Source: Simkaniaceae bacterium (lineage in GTDB: Bacteria; Chlamydiota; Chlamydiia; Chlamydiales; JAJFMI01). From it: a stretch of DNA of 54,224 nt. A program made the translations under genes and the position numbers. Of this stretch, positions 17,745-28,431 are shown piece after piece (position 1 is the stretch's first letter; each line of letters begins with the position of its first letter). The DNA lies in contig JBBDIZ010000001.1 in the NCBI GenBank assembly GCA_040880145.1, positions 1 through 54,224 on the forward strand, read 5' to 3'. Below the pieces are notes generated by a model. It saw only the letters and a program-made list of their open reading frames with translations, was not told the origin of the DNA and made no database searches.

Positions 17745-20706
17745 TTTTCAGGTTGGGTTTAAAATAATAGACTCCTTGAGCATGAGGAAGCCCCCTTAAA
17801 AAAAGGTAAAAAACTCCCCCAAAAACCTCTTCAAAAGGCAAGGGAGTGATTTTTTGTAAATAACGCCTTAGCGCTTCCGAATAAAGAGTTCCTTGAAAGT
17901 GATAATCATGATCAATCATCGCCTTTTCAAGGGATTGCAGGTTATAATCGTCTAAAACATTTGATTTCCAATCGAGTAAGTAAAAACGTCCTTCATATTC
18001 AAAAAGAAGATCGCAAAACCCTTTAATTCGATCGCCATTTTCAAGAGGATAGAGAAGTTGAAGCTCGATGGCCATCTTGTCAACCGGGACCTCCGATAGA
18101 TTAAAGCCTCCAACAAGATCGATAGTAAAAGCCCCTTTTATTAAAGCCAAAACCCTCTTTTGATGTTCAGGAAAATAACTTTTTACAATTGAGAGGAGTT
18201 TGGGTTTGTTTAAAAGATTTTGAGCAATAATTTGCTCGAAAAGAGCGTGTAAGCGAACTCCGGTTTCGGCTCCGATAGGAAGATCTCCCTCATCGATGAC
18301 TTTTTTTTCATTTTCACCGTAGGCCGTTTTTGAAAGCGAGGTAAAGGAGTGCATCAAAAGAGCTTTATGGGTGTAAGCAAGCGTTTCGGGTGGCTGAATG
18401 GGATCATTCTCTTTTACTTGAAAAAGGGTTGCCTCAGCCTCATTTAAAATGCGATAGGTAATCGGGGCCTCATTGGCCCATTTTTCAACATGTTGGACTA
18501 AATTTTCGATTGTCAAAGGAGAGATGAGCCGGCTTAAAAAAAATTCACTTTGAGAAGGTGTTTTTGAAATCCCCTTTTCTTCCAAGGCTATTGGGAAATA
18601 GACTTTGTTTTTCGCTCTTGTCAGTGCAACATAAAGCCCTCTCATCTCTTCTGCAGCGTTTTTTGAGTCATCTAGTGAAAGATGACGAGAGGCTAGTGAA
18701 AGAGCAAAACAAATCGGAAATTCTAAACCTTTACTCCTATGCATCGTCATAATCGTTACAGCTTTTTCACTAGATAAAGGCCGCCTTTTAACGGCATTGG
18801 AAGTCGACGTCTCTTTTAGTGACTTAAATGCAGAAAAAGGATCTCTTTCATTTAAAAGCAGCTCTGCAATATTCATGAAATCACTGTAGTCTTGTAAAGA
18901 GAGTGTTTCAAAAAAGCTAACACCATCAAAGCTCCAAGAACTTTCAAAAAGGGCCTTAAAAAAGGAGGCCGCTCCTTTTTCCAACTCTTTTTTTAGATAG
19001 TGTAAAATAGAGAGCGGACGCGTCAGCTCACAAAGGGAATCTGCAAGTTCATTTAAAGAAAAAGGCAAAAATGCATGCCCTAAAAAACGTTTAATATAGG
19101 ATGAGTGGCTTAAATTTTTTAAGGAATCGAAAAGAGCCTCCATAAATCCAAATGCCATTGTCTCTTTTAAGGGTTTCACCCCCTTTGAAATAACAGGGAT
19201 CTCATGATGCAAAAAAAATCGCTCTAAACGCTCCGCTTGGTAGCGATCCTTTACAAAAATAGCCACCTCTTCAAGCGCATACTCTTTTTCAACGATTTCA
19301 TTGACTAGAAAAGGAAATAAATGACTCTCCTCTAAATTCTTAGTCGGCCAGTTTCTTTTTCGACCAAGCGCTCCTTCTAAAATCACGATTTCAACACCTG
19401 CACCCGGAAAATGACCAAGACCCGCTTTAACCGGGTAATACTCTCCTTCAATCAACCAGTTCGGGTTTTTAGAAAAAAGAAAGTTAAGAGCTTCAATCAC
19501 TTCTAAAGAGGAGCGATAGTTGGTTTTTAAATAACGCTGATCTAAAAAATGCTCTCTCGCTTCATAATAAACAGAAAGATCCGCTCCACGAAAAGAATAG
19601 ATCGACTGCTTAGGATCTCCAACGACAATAAATGCTTTAATTCCCTCATAGAGAAAAAGATTTTTAAAAATCGCCCACTGCATTTCATCCGTATCTTGAA
19701 ACTCATCGATCACCACCGCTTTGTACTTGCTTCGAACTTTCTCGACAAATTCAGGTCTATCAAGAGCCTCTTTTGTTTTAATGATTAAATCATCCGGAGA
19801 GTAAAGATCTAAAGCCTCCTTCACTTTTTGAAGCCGAATTTGCAGTTTTTCTCGTAATAATTGTAAAAGCTTACTTGGAGAACGCGCTTCTTCTAAAAGA
19901 GGAAAAAGCGCATTTTTGATACGCTCAAGCTCTAAAGGAAGAGGCTCTCCTTTTTTCTTTAAATTGTCTAAGTGGAGTAGAGAGAAAAAAGAATTTTCTC
20001 CAACTAAATCCTCCCAATTTCCCTGAATTAGCGCATCGAGCTGATCTATCCATTTTTGATGAATCTCTTTATTTTGATTACAAAACCCTTTGTAATGAAA
20101 AAACGCCTCTAAAAATTGCTCTTTGGTTTCATTACTGATTTGGCACTGCTTAAATAAAGGGAAAAGTTCTGAATAACTCCGCGCCTTCTCTCCCCTTTTA
20201 TTCTGTAAAAGTGATTCCGAAAAGCGCCTTAAATCTCTTGAGAAATAGAGAAAGAGGTTTTTCAATTGTTTTTTGGAAATGAGATCCTCTGTCAAAGCGG
20301 ATCTAAAAAAATTTTGAACCTCTTTGTAAAGCGTGATTTCAAAAGAACTCTCTTCCTCATTTATGAGAGAATAACTAGCCCTCGCTTCAAAAGCAAATTC
20401 AGATAGGACTCGATGACAAAAATGATGAATGGTCCCAATTGTCGCTTCGTCAAGAGATAGAAAAGCCTCCCTGCAAGAAGCCTCTTCCTTAGCTTGAGCC
20501 AAAGTCGTGCGAATTCGCTCTTTTAGCTCCCGGGCTGCCGCTTTCGTAAAGGTTACGATTAAAATTTCTTTTACAGGGATTGCTTTCTTAGTCACGAGGT
20601 GCTTGACTAAGTGCTCAATTGCAAACGTCTTTCCTGTACCGGCTGAAGCCTCGACAAAAAGGGGCCCCTCTATAGAGAGGTTGGGATCTAAAACATTGAG
20701 TTCCAA
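17710..20706 (-). CDS. recB: Exodeoxyribonuclease V beta subunit
   Basis: EASAGTGKT, VTFTKAAA, IDEFQDTD, VGDPKQSIYSFRGAD, HRSKGLE, YVALTRA, and C-terminal nuclease GFCDL..LLDWKSN. Confidence 0.95.
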   Translation of the reverse strand: MELNVLDPNLSIEGPLFVEASAGTGKTFAIEHLVKHLVTKKAIPVKEILIVTFTKAAARELKERIRTTLAQAKEEASCREAFLSLDEATIGTIHHFCHRVLSEFAFEARASYSLINEEESSFEITLYKEVQNFFRSALTEDLISKKQLKNLFLYFSRDLRRFSESLLQNKRGEKARSYSELFPLFKQCQISNETKEQFLEAFFHYKGFCNQNKEIHQKWIDQLDALIQGNWEDLVGENSFFSLLHLDNLKKKGEPLPLELERIKNALFPLLEEARSPSKLLQLLREKLQIRLQKVKEALDLYSPDDLIIKTKEALDRPEFVEKVRSKYKAVVIDEFQDTDEMQWAIFKNLFLYEGIKAFIVVGDPKQSIYSFRGADLSVYYEAREHFLDQRYLKTNYRSSLEVIEALNFLFSKNPNWLIEGEYYPVKAGLGHFPGAGVEIVILEGALGRKRNWPTKNLEESHLFPFLVNEIVEKEYALEEVAIFVKDRYQAERLERFFLHHEIPVISKGVKPLKETMAFGFMEALFDSLKNLSHSSYIKRFLGHAFLPFSLNELADSLCELTRPLSILHYLKKELEKGAASFFKALFESSWSFDGVSFFETLSLQDYSDFMNIAELLLNERDPFSAFKSLKETSTSNAVKRRPLSSEKAVTIMTMHRSKGLEFPICFALSLASRHLSLDDSKNAAEEMRGLYVALTRAKNKVYFPIALEEKGISKTPSQSEFFLSRLISPLTIENLVQHVEKWANEAPITYRILNEAEATLFQVKENDPIQPPETLAYTHKALLMHSFTSLSKTAYGENEKKVIDEGDLPIGAETGVRLHALFEQIIAQNLLNKPKLLSIVKSYFPEHQKRVLALIKGAFTIDLVGGFNLSEVPVDKMAIELQLLYPLENGDRIKGFCDLLFEYEGRFYLLDWKSNVLDDYNLQSLEKAMIDHDYHFQGTLYSEALRRYLQKITPLPFEEVFGGVFYLFLRGLPHAQGVYYFKPNLKSDDILRRVTSA

Positions 20707-20767
20707 TTTTTATTTACCACACTCTACTATTGTTTAAAGAACTCGATTATGGTACAATCTTTCAATT

Positions 20768-21028
20768 ATGGCTATTTTAATCTATATCGTAACTCTTTGT
20801 TTCAGCACCTATCAGCTCCTTCTTCTAGCGCGCATTTTAGGGACATGGATCCCTTCGTTTACTAGAAGCCGCTACATGCATTTTCTTTCTTTTTATACGG
20901 AACCTTTTCTCAACCTTTTCCGACGCATTCTTCCTCCAATTGGAGGTCGTCTCGATCTCTCGCCCATACTCGCTCTTTTAACACTCGGCTTTCTAAAACG
21001 GCTGACTCTTTATCTAATCATGCGATGA
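20768..21028 (+). CDS. yggT: YggT family membrane protein
   Basis: RIL.TW, YTEPFL..FRRILPPIGG.LDLSPI. Confidence 0.9.
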   Translation: MAILIYIVTLCFSTYQLLLLARILGTWIPSFTRSRYMHFLSFYTEPFLNLFRRILPPIGGRLDLSPILALLTLGFLKRLTLYLIMR

Positions 21029-22008
21029 ACTCCTACCATCAACCCATTCAAATTGGCTCTCTCTCACTAAAATCAAATGTTTTTTACGCTCCTTTGGCAG
21101 GTTGCTCAGACTACCCCTTTCGACAAATGTCCAACCATTGCCGACCCGGTCTTTTCTTTACAGAAATGGTGAAAATGGACGCACTCATCCGTTATGACCA
21201 ATCGACGTTTCGCTTACTTGACTACGATGGGTCTATGCATCCCATTGGAGGGCAGCTTGTAGGCTCTAAAAGCGAAATTGCGGGAAAGGCTGCAAAGATT
21301 ATTGAAGAACTTGGTTTTGACCTTATCGATCTAAACTGCGGCTGTCCCGTCGACAAAGTGACCAAGGATGGGAGCGGATCGGGTCTTTTGAAAACGCCTC
21401 AAAAAATTGGTGAAATCCTCTCAAATATGATTAACGCTGTCTCCATTCCCGTAACACTTAAAATCCGAATAGGTTGGGACGAAAACGCGATCAATGCTGC
21501 ACAAATTACAAAAATTGCAGAAAAGGCAGGCGCCTCTGCTATTACTATTCATGGACGAACTCGAGCTCAAGGCTATAAAGGATCCGCAGATCTCAACCCA
21601 ATTTTAGAGGCAAAAAAAGAAGCAAATAAAATCATGGTTATCGGAAATGGAGACATTTTTTCTGGAGAGGATGCGGAAAAAATGTTTGAATACACCGGCT
21701 GTGATGGAATTCTTGTCGCCAGAGGCTCCCTTGGAACTCCATGGATACATGAGGATATTGTCCGCCATTTAAACCGCCTTGAACCCATCAATCGTTCACC
21801 TCAGTTTATCAAAGAAACGCTTCTAAACCATCTATCTCTGATTCTCTCTTATCAACCAAAAAGACGTGCTCTTTTAGATTTACGGCGAATAAGCTGCTGG
21901 TATTTTAAAAAGGGAACAGGTACAAAAAAGCTTCGGGAATCCCTTTGTCGGATTTCAGATTTAAAAGAAGCTTACAAAATCATAGAGAAACATGAGTTCC
22001 CGGTTTGA
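21025..22008 (+). CDS. dusB: tRNA-dihydrouridine synthase
   Basis: APLAG, TEMV, IDLNCGCP, GSGLL, KIRIGW, IHGRTR, GNGDI. Confidence 0.92.
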   Translation: MNSYHQPIQIGSLSLKSNVFYAPLAGCSDYPFRQMSNHCRPGLFFTEMVKMDALIRYDQSTFRLLDYDGSMHPIGGQLVGSKSEIAGKAAKIIEELGFDLIDLNCGCPVDKVTKDGSGSGLLKTPQKIGEILSNMINAVSIPVTLKIRIGWDENAINAAQITKIAEKAGASAITIHGRTRAQGYKGSADLNPILEAKKEANKIMVIGNGDIFSGEDAEKMFEYTGCDGILVARGSLGTPWIHEDIVRHLNRLEPINRSPQFIKETLLNHLSLILSYQPKRRALLDLRRISCWYFKKGTGTKKLRESLCRISDLKEAYKIIEKHEFPV

Positions 22009-22270
22009 AATTCACATCAAGATATGGGGAAGAGTTCAGGGAGTATTCTTTCGGGCAACGGCGCAAGAAGTTGCTCAAAGACTAAAACTGAATGGATTTG
22101 TAAAAAATGCCTCGGATGGCACGGTCGAAATTTGTTTAATCGGATCTTTAAATGAGGCTCAAGACCTTTTAACTAAAATACAGGTCGTAAACCCTCGTAT
22201 TCGCATCGACAAAAAAGAGGTCGCCTCCCTTCCCGTCACAAGGACCTTTTCTTCTTTTGAAATCACTTGA
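21992..22270 (+). CDS. acyP: Acylphosphatase
   Basis: GRVQGVFFR, GFVKN..DG.VE. Confidence 0.93.
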   Translation: MSSRFEIHIKIWGRVQGVFFRATAQEVAQRLKLNGFVKNASDGTVEICLIGSLNEAQDLLTKIQVVNPRIRIDKKEVASLPVTRTFSSFEIT

Positions 22271-22273
22271 AAG

Positions 22274-23365
22274 TCAGAAATCAAGGCGAATTTTAAAGGT
22301 CAAACCATTAAAGCTTAAATCTTCTGATAGATTTTCATAGCGAAAAGCATGGTATTGATAGACTCGAAGCATCTGATTTTGACGCCAATAATATTCCACT
22401 TCATACCCAAGCTGAAGGGATAAATAATGCTCTTTTTCATTGATATAGGTTCCATACCCTCCGCCTAAGAAAAGCTGAACGGTCGGTGAAAATCGATGCT
22501 CGCTATCGTGAAGTTTGATGGAATCATTGCCACGGCTTCGATGCTCTTTTAAGTCCACATCATGAAATCCATACAGCATGGCACCTGAGACATTCCCAAT
22601 CAAATGAAATCCCTTTTCAAGGATCCACATTGAATTTAACCCAAGACGCGGACCGAGTCCCCAAAAGTGAGAACGGCCCTTCTCTGTAACAGTATCCAAA
22701 CCCAGTTCAGCTCCCCCAAAATAACGCGTTCTTTGATCGAGTTCGACCCAAGAGGTCTTGACACTAATAAAGGGACGAAGACTCAACTTGCCACTCACAA
22801 AGAAATGACGCCCCAACTCTAAATCAATGCTATCATAGCCCACAGTAAAGCTCGATTTCGCATTGAACACATCCGATTGAGTAATAATCGATCCTTTCAT
22901 CGGAATCAAAACTGAGTTTTTTCCAGCTTGGCAATTATGGGTTGAATTGCTATCAAAATAGGTATAATTGAGAAAAATATCCCACTTATCATGACAAAAA
23001 TTATATCCAAGTCCGGCTCGTAGACCGACATCCCATTTGAACTTAATTTTTCTTGTGCGTCCCTTGATTGGAAGATCGATGCTGGGGCGCCAATTTGTAT
23101 AAGCATAAGTTGTTCCCCCAACCCTTGGATGCCAGTAGAGCAAATCAAAAGTTGCAAACCATTTTTTTCCTTCTACTTCCGGCCTGGCACTTGTAAGCGT
23201 TATAGCATTTGTATCATTCTGATCATTTTGACTTGTGATTCCATCCAGTCGATTTTCAAGATTTTCAATCTTCTCTTCTAATTTCTCAATAGAAATCATA
23301 CCCCGGGTTACCGCGAAACCACTGACACTCAAAAACAAAAATAATAGAAATAATATATATTTCAC
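22274..23365 (-). CDS. MOMP-like/Lpg1974-family outer membrane porin, paralog 3
   Basis: Signal peptide, short coiled coil, LYWHP.VGG, G.R.GLGY, GLGPRLG, YYWRQNQM, terminal RLDF. Confidence 0.85.
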   Translation of the reverse strand: MKYILFLLFLFLSVSGFAVTRGMISIEKLEEKIENLENRLDGITSQNDQNDTNAITLTSARPEVEGKKWFATFDLLYWHPRVGGTTYAYTNWRPSIDLPIKGRTRKIKFKWDVGLRAGLGYNFCHDKWDIFLNYTYFDSNSTHNCQAGKNSVLIPMKGSIITQSDVFNAKSSFTVGYDSIDLELGRHFFVSGKLSLRPFISVKTSWVELDQRTRYFGGAELGLDTVTEKGRSHFWGLGPRLGLNSMWILEKGFHLIGNVSGAMLYGFHDVDLKEHRSRGNDSIKLHDSEHRFSPTVQLFLGGGYGTYINEKEHYLSLQLGYEVEYYWRQNQMLRVYQYHAFRYENLSEDLSFNGLTFKIRLDF

Positions 23366-23431
23366 TAATTAAACCTCTAAGGCGAATCATATAATTATTA
23401 ATGATGATAAGTCAAAGTTATTTATTATAAC

Positions 23432-23462
23432 AAAAAAATCCGTGGGGAATTCCCCACGGATT
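23432..23462 (-). terminator. Rho-independent terminator after porin paralog 2
   Basis: Stem AATCCGTGGGGA/TCCCCACGGATT with a T run on the minus strand. Confidence 0.85.
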
Positions 23463-23497
23463 CAAGGATAAACAACCAATTTTTTCCTTTAACTGAC

Positions 23498-24721
23498 TTA
23501 GAAATCCAATCGGATTTTAAATGTCACGCCATGGAAACTAACATCTTCACTGAATCTTTCAAACTTTAGAACAGCAAAGTCGTCGATTTTAAGCATTTGA
23601 TTCACGCGGAACCAATACTGCCCTTCAAATCCAAGAGCAAGACTTAAATGCTGTTTATTGTCATTAAGATAAGTGTCGTATGATAAACCAAGCTCATAAA
23701 CAGAGTTTGGAGCAAAACGGTTTGTATCACCATTTAAACTAATCTCGTTTGTATCTTCTAACAAGCTATAGTACTCTTGATGAGATACATCAAAATGTCC
23801 ATAAACAAGAGCAGTAGAGATGTTTCCAAAAACACTAAATTTGTGTCCTAGATACCACTTTGAATCAAAACCAAGCTTTGGTCCCACACCTTTGAAATCA
23901 CTTTCATCGTGAATGTGAACAGTATTCACATCAAGACCAAGGTTAGAACTCGATGGCGCCCCACCGGAATAACGAATATTCTGATAGAGATCAATCCAAG
24001 CTGCAACTAAACCAACATATGGTCTCATAGAAAGTTTTGGGCTAACAAAAAAGTTTCGTCCCATTTCTAAATCTAAGCGATCATAATCGATATCAAATTC
24101 TGACTTAGCAGAAGCGCAGTAGATAAATGTTCCGGTTGGTTGTGGATCAACATTAACTACATTGGGTCCATTTGTAATGCTTGAGCTGCCTCTTAAAGGG
24201 ACAACTAAGCTGTTTTGACCGGGACGTGTGCTTTCACTACCCTCTGAATCCAATCGAGTGTACTTGATTAAGCCATCCCAATTGTCGTGATCAAAGTTGT
24301 ATCCAAGAGCCACTTTAAATCCCCAATCCCAACCAAAGTCAATGTCTTTCACACGACCTTTTACAGGAAAACCCGGATTTGCAGTATTGTTAGCTGCTAC
24401 TTGTAATACAGGTGAATCATCTGTATAAGCAAACTCTGTTCCACCAACTTTTGGATGCCAATAGATGACATCAAACTCGACGAACCATCCATAGCCACAT
24501 CGACATTTATCGCCCATTGTCATGGGTCTTGCTGGCGCAGTCTGAGCTCCGCAAGTCATTGTCTGCTGGCCGCAATCATCATAGATCACATCCATATAGA
24601 CGCACTGCATCTGCTTCTCTAACTGCGCAACTCTCTCATTGGTGCTCATTGCGCCAAATGCTACGCTAGAGGCAGCAAGGGCGAGCGCCATAGAAAGTTT
24701 TTTTGCGAAGTTTACGTTCAT
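23498..24721 (-). CDS. MOMP-like/Lpg1974-family outer membrane porin, paralog 2
   Basis: Signal peptide, Cys-rich N-terminal linker, IYWHPKVGGTE, WDWGFK, GVGPKLG, terminal RLDF. Confidence 0.87.
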   Translation of the reverse strand: MNVNFAKKLSMALALAASSVAFGAMSTNERVAQLEKQMQCVYMDVIYDDCGQQTMTCGAQTAPARPMTMGDKCRCGYGWFVEFDVIYWHPKVGGTEFAYTDDSPVLQVAANNTANPGFPVKGRVKDIDFGWDWGFKVALGYNFDHDNWDGLIKYTRLDSEGSESTRPGQNSLVVPLRGSSSITNGPNVVNVDPQPTGTFIYCASAKSEFDIDYDRLDLEMGRNFFVSPKLSMRPYVGLVAAWIDLYQNIRYSGGAPSSSNLGLDVNTVHIHDESDFKGVGPKLGFDSKWYLGHKFSVFGNISTALVYGHFDVSHQEYYSLLEDTNEISLNGDTNRFAPNSVYELGLSYDTYLNDNKQHLSLALGFEGQYWFRVNQMLKIDDFAVLKFERFSEDVSFHGVTFKIRLDF

Positions 24722-24988
24722 TTATTTACCTCACGCGGGTTACATTATAATCTTTCATAGCTCTACTCATTTCTATAATTTAAAAAGACTTTTAATTAAA
24801 ACATTTTTTTTAAAATATTTTTATACACTTGTCTTTTCAACTCATAGTGAATTTAATTGGAACGAGTATTTACTATCTAATTCTCTATCGATTTTATAAA
24901 TAATAAAAAAAACAATTAAAATAAAAACTTTTTTATTTTTAAAGAAGATTGATCGCGTTAAGCTTTAAGAATAAAGTGCTTAAAAAAG

Positions 24989-25020
24989 AAAAAAAGATCC
25001 CCCAGTGTTGAGGGACCTTT
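24989..25020 (-). terminator. Rho-independent terminator after porin paralog 1
   Basis: Minus strand AAAGGUCCCUCA-ACAC-UGGGGGAUCUUU stem (with G:U pairs) followed by a U run. Confidence 0.75.
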
Positions 25021-25053
25021 AGAGAAGATCTGATTTTTTAAGAATGCTTTAGC

Positions 25054-26223
25054 TTAGAAATCAAATCTGAAGCTAAGATTCAGACCAATGAACCCTAAGT
25101 CTTCTGAATACATCTCATAATTCAGAGGATTTGATTCATCAATCTTAATCATCTGATTCATTCTCCACCAGTATTGTCCATCAAAACCAAGCTGAATGGT
25201 CACGTGTTTTTCATTCTCATCGAAGTACCCTTGCCATGCGATACCTGCTTGAGCTAAAACGTTTGGTGCATATCGGTGAGGAGAAGCTCCTAGATCGATT
25301 TTATTATCTTCAAGCGCGCTAAACTTTTCGTAATGATCTACGTTATGATAGCCATATACAAGAGCTCCGGAAAGATTTGCATAGAGTGAAACCCCTGCGC
25401 CAATATACCAATCCGACTCCATTCCAAATTTTGGTCCTACGCCTTTAAAGTAGTCTTTATCTTTAACACGGACTGAATTGACTCCAAGACCGCCATTTTC
25501 TTCTCCGCCTGTATAGTCCACTCTTTCTTTCATATCGACCCATGTAGCGACCAAACCAAAGAGAGGCTTAAGAGCTAGTTTAGGACTGACATAAAAATCA
25601 CGTCCAAGATCGAGATCAAGACGCATGAAATCTAGAGAAAATCTAGCTTTTGCTTTGTCACAGAATTCAAATTCATGGATAAATCCACCGTCACCCAAAG
25701 TGATGACAGAAGAGCCTCTTAAAGGAATGACTGATCCATTTATATTTGCACCGGCACTTGAACTGCCATTTGTTTTGAAGTAGGTGAACTCAGCATAAAG
25801 ATCCCATCCATCATAAGGCAGACGGTAGCCGAGTCCTGTTCTGAATCCCCAGTCCCAGTTAAAACCAATGTCTTTTGTTGTCCCTCTTAGTGGGAATAAA
25901 GGTATGGCATTGAGATCGTTTAAAGTCGTTTGATTGACCTTCCAAGCATACTCGGTTCCCCCAATATGAGAGTTCCAGAATAAGGCATCAATTGTGAAAA
26001 ACCAAGCGCAGCAATCGATGGGCTCAGGTCTTGCACTTCCTGTCCATGCGCCGCATGATCGTACGACAGGATTGCATTCACAATCTTCTTCAACGACCTC
26101 CATGTAGACACATTTCATTTCTTTCTCAAGAGTGCTGACGCGCTCTTCCATGCTCACACCATAAAGTGACTGGCATAAAGCAAAAGCTGTTAAGGCTGTG
26201 GTTATTTTTCCGAAAAATCGCAT
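25054..26223 (-). CDS. MOMP-like/Lpg1974-family outer membrane porin, paralog 1
   Basis: Signal peptide, Cys-rich linker, LFWN..GGTEYA, WDWGFR, YWWRMNQM, terminal RFDF; GAGGAG RBS. Confidence 0.87.
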   Translation of the reverse strand: MRFFGKITTALTAFALCQSLYGVSMEERVSTLEKEMKCVYMEVVEEDCECNPVVRSCGAWTGSARPEPIDCCAWFFTIDALFWNSHIGGTEYAWKVNQTTLNDLNAIPLFPLRGTTKDIGFNWDWGFRTGLGYRLPYDGWDLYAEFTYFKTNGSSSAGANINGSVIPLRGSSVITLGDGGFIHEFEFCDKAKARFSLDFMRLDLDLGRDFYVSPKLALKPLFGLVATWVDMKERVDYTGGEENGGLGVNSVRVKDKDYFKGVGPKFGMESDWYIGAGVSLYANLSGALVYGYHNVDHYEKFSALEDNKIDLGASPHRYAPNVLAQAGIAWQGYFDENEKHVTIQLGFDGQYWWRMNQMIKIDESNPLNYEMYSEDLGFIGLNLSFRFDF

Positions 26224-26313
26224 TTTGATCTCCTCATCATTTCAGTTTCTAAAAAAAATGCTAAAGTAATCCTAGAGCTATATCAAAGATTCTTTTTTTA
26301 GCGCAAGTAAATT

Positions 26314-27273
26314 TTATTTTTTTTGTAAGTGAGCTACAAAAGCAGCTCCAAGCAAAGCGGTTTCTTCATTCAAAATGACCTTGATGGAAACCTCTTTTAA
26401 GAGATCTGAAAAGCGCCCTTTATCTAGAAAGCTTTTCAAAAATCCCCCTTCTTTCATGAGCGATAAAATTTTAGGAGCAATTCCGCCGCCAACGTAAAGC
26501 CCTCCTAAAGAAAGATACTTTAAAACCAAATTTCCGGACTCTGCTCCATAAAGTGAAACGAACCAGGAAAGGGTTTCGAAACAAGTACCCTCTTTTGACC
26601 CAACGCCTTTTTTCGAAATTTCCTGAGGCGCTTCTGCTTCACTCAATCTCTCTACATCGGGATCAGGCTCTTTTTTTTCGATCTCAACTAGATATTGATA
26701 AAGATTATAGAGGCCGGGCCCTGATAAGACTCTTTCAAATGAGACGTGTCCCTCCCATTTTTTTTGCAAAAACCGCAAAAGAGAGATTTCCCTTTCATTC
26801 CGGGGGGAAAAGTCGCTATGCCCCCCTTCGGAGGCAAAAGGAATATGAAGGCTGCCGTTGAAAAAAAGGCCCGCCTCGCCAAGTCCTGTCCCTGCAGAGA
26901 TCAGTGCCTGATGCCCCTTCACTTCTTTTCCCTGATTGAGCACAGCAAAATCCTCGCTTGAGAGCTGAGAGATCCCATAGGCATTCGCCTCTAGGTCGTT
27001 GATTAATTTCACTTTTTTTAGCTCAAGATTTTTTTCATCGACGATCCACGGTAAATTTGTAGCAATACACTTCCCTTCTCTTACAGGTCCTGCTATCCCT
27101 AAACAAGCGCCTTGAATTTCCTTTTCCCAGCCCTCTAAAAATTGATGAATAATCTCCTTTAAATTTGTAAATTTCCGACTGGGGTATTTTTGCTCTTTGA
27201 TTCGTTTTTTTTGAGAGTCGAATAGAGCCAGATGCGTTTTTGTTCCCCCAATGTCTCCGGCTAAAAAAGTCAT
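26314..27273 (-). CDS. glk: Glucokinase
   Basis: LAGDIGGT, IAGP, LINDLEA, GTGLG, SEGGH, ERVLSGPG, GGGIAPK. Confidence 0.95.
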   Translation of the reverse strand: MTFLAGDIGGTKTHLALFDSQKKRIKEQKYPSRKFTNLKEIIHQFLEGWEKEIQGACLGIAGPVREGKCIATNLPWIVDEKNLELKKVKLINDLEANAYGISQLSSEDFAVLNQGKEVKGHQALISAGTGLGEAGLFFNGSLHIPFASEGGHSDFSPRNEREISLLRFLQKKWEGHVSFERVLSGPGLYNLYQYLVEIEKKEPDPDVERLSEAEAPQEISKKGVGSKEGTCFETLSWFVSLYGAESGNLVLKYLSLGGLYVGGGIAPKILSLMKEGGFLKSFLDKGRFSDLLKEVSIKVILNEETALLGAAFVAHLQKK

Positions 27274-27369
27274 AATCTCATCCTCTCTTTGGGATCATTT
27301 TTCTAGCCTTTCCGAATAGAAATCAACTATAATCGAAAAAGTTTTCGAAAACATTACAGGGAGTTACAC

Positions 27370-28431
27370 ATGAGCTCATCTCATGACAACGGAAAGAAAA
27401 AAGCTCTAGAGCTGGCTATTTCACACATCGAAAAGCAATTTGGAGAAGGGGCTATCATGAGCCTTGGCCATCATAGTCGAACACGCTCGGTTGCCACAAT
27501 TCCATCCGGAGCCATTTCACTCGATTTGGCATTGGGCATTGGGGGGATTCCAAGAGGCCGAGTTGTTGAAATTTATGGTCCGGAATCTTCAGGAAAATCC
27601 ACTCTTGCAACCCATATCGTGGCCAACTGCCAAAAGTTGGGTGGAATTGCCGCCTACATCGATGCTGAACATGCGCTCGATCCCTCTTACGCAAGCAAGA
27701 TTGGAGTTAACCTCGACGAGCTTATGATTTCTCAGCCCGATAGTGGAGAAGAAGCGCTTAATATTGCCGAAACTCTCGCGCGATCAGGTGCGATTGACGT
27801 CATCATAATCGATTCTGTTGCGGCACTCGTTCCCAAAAGTGAACTAGAGGGAGAAATTGGAGATACTCATATCGGGCTGCAAGCGCGCATGATGTCGCAA
27901 GCTCTTAGAAAACTCACCTCCTCCCTAGCCCGAAGCAATACGTGTGCAGTCTTCATCAACCAAATCCGTGAAAAAATTGGCGTCATGTTTGGAAGCCCTG
28001 AAACGACAACAGGCGGACGCGCTCTTAAATTTTATTCTTCCGTGCGTCTCGACATTCGTCGCATGTCCAGTCTAAAAGGTTCCGATAATATCGAAATTGG
28101 AAACCGCGTCAAAGTGAAAGTGGCTAAGAACAAAATGGCCCCTCCATTTCGAATTGCCGAATTTGATATTCTCTTCAACGAAGGAATTTCAAGGATGGGC
28201 TCCATCATCGATTTGGGGGTTGATTTTGGTCTAATCGATAAAAAAGGCGCTTGGTTTAGCTACAATGGAGAGCGGCTCGGTCAAGGTCGAGAGGCAGTAA
28301 GAGAGCTGCTGAAGAATAACCCAAAACTCGCCGAAGAGCTCGAGCGGCTTATCATGCAGAAAAGTCGTGAGAAATTAGGCCTTTTGGATGAACCCGTTCC
28401 AGTCGCTTCTGGAGCAGAGAAAAAATCTTAA
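27370..28431 (+). CDS. recA: Recombinase A
   Basis: [47 protein letters not shown]. Confidence 0.99.
   Translation: MSSSHDNGKKKALELAISHIEKQFGEGAIMSLGHHSRTRSVATIPSGAISLDLALGIGGIPRGRVVEIYGPESSGKSTLATHIVANCQKLGGIAAYIDAEHALDPSYASKIGVNLDELMISQPDSGEEALNIAETLARSGAIDVIIIDSVAALVPKSELEGEIGDTHIGLQARMMSQALRKLTSSLARSNTCAVFINQIREKIGVMFGSPETTTGGRALKFYSSVRLDIRRMSSLKGSDNIEIGNRVKVKVAKNKMAPPFRIAEFDILFNEGISRMGSIIDLGVDFGLIDKKGAWFSYNGERLGQGREAVRELLKNNPKLAEELERLIMQKSREKLGLLDEPVPVASGAEKKS

Noticed and set aside
28352..28431. 80-bp 3' overlap of recA and ispA as antisense regulation
   Set aside because: Convergent tail overlaps are frequent in this compact genome (also at 12.9, 34.4 and 53.1 kb); nothing specific supports regulation.
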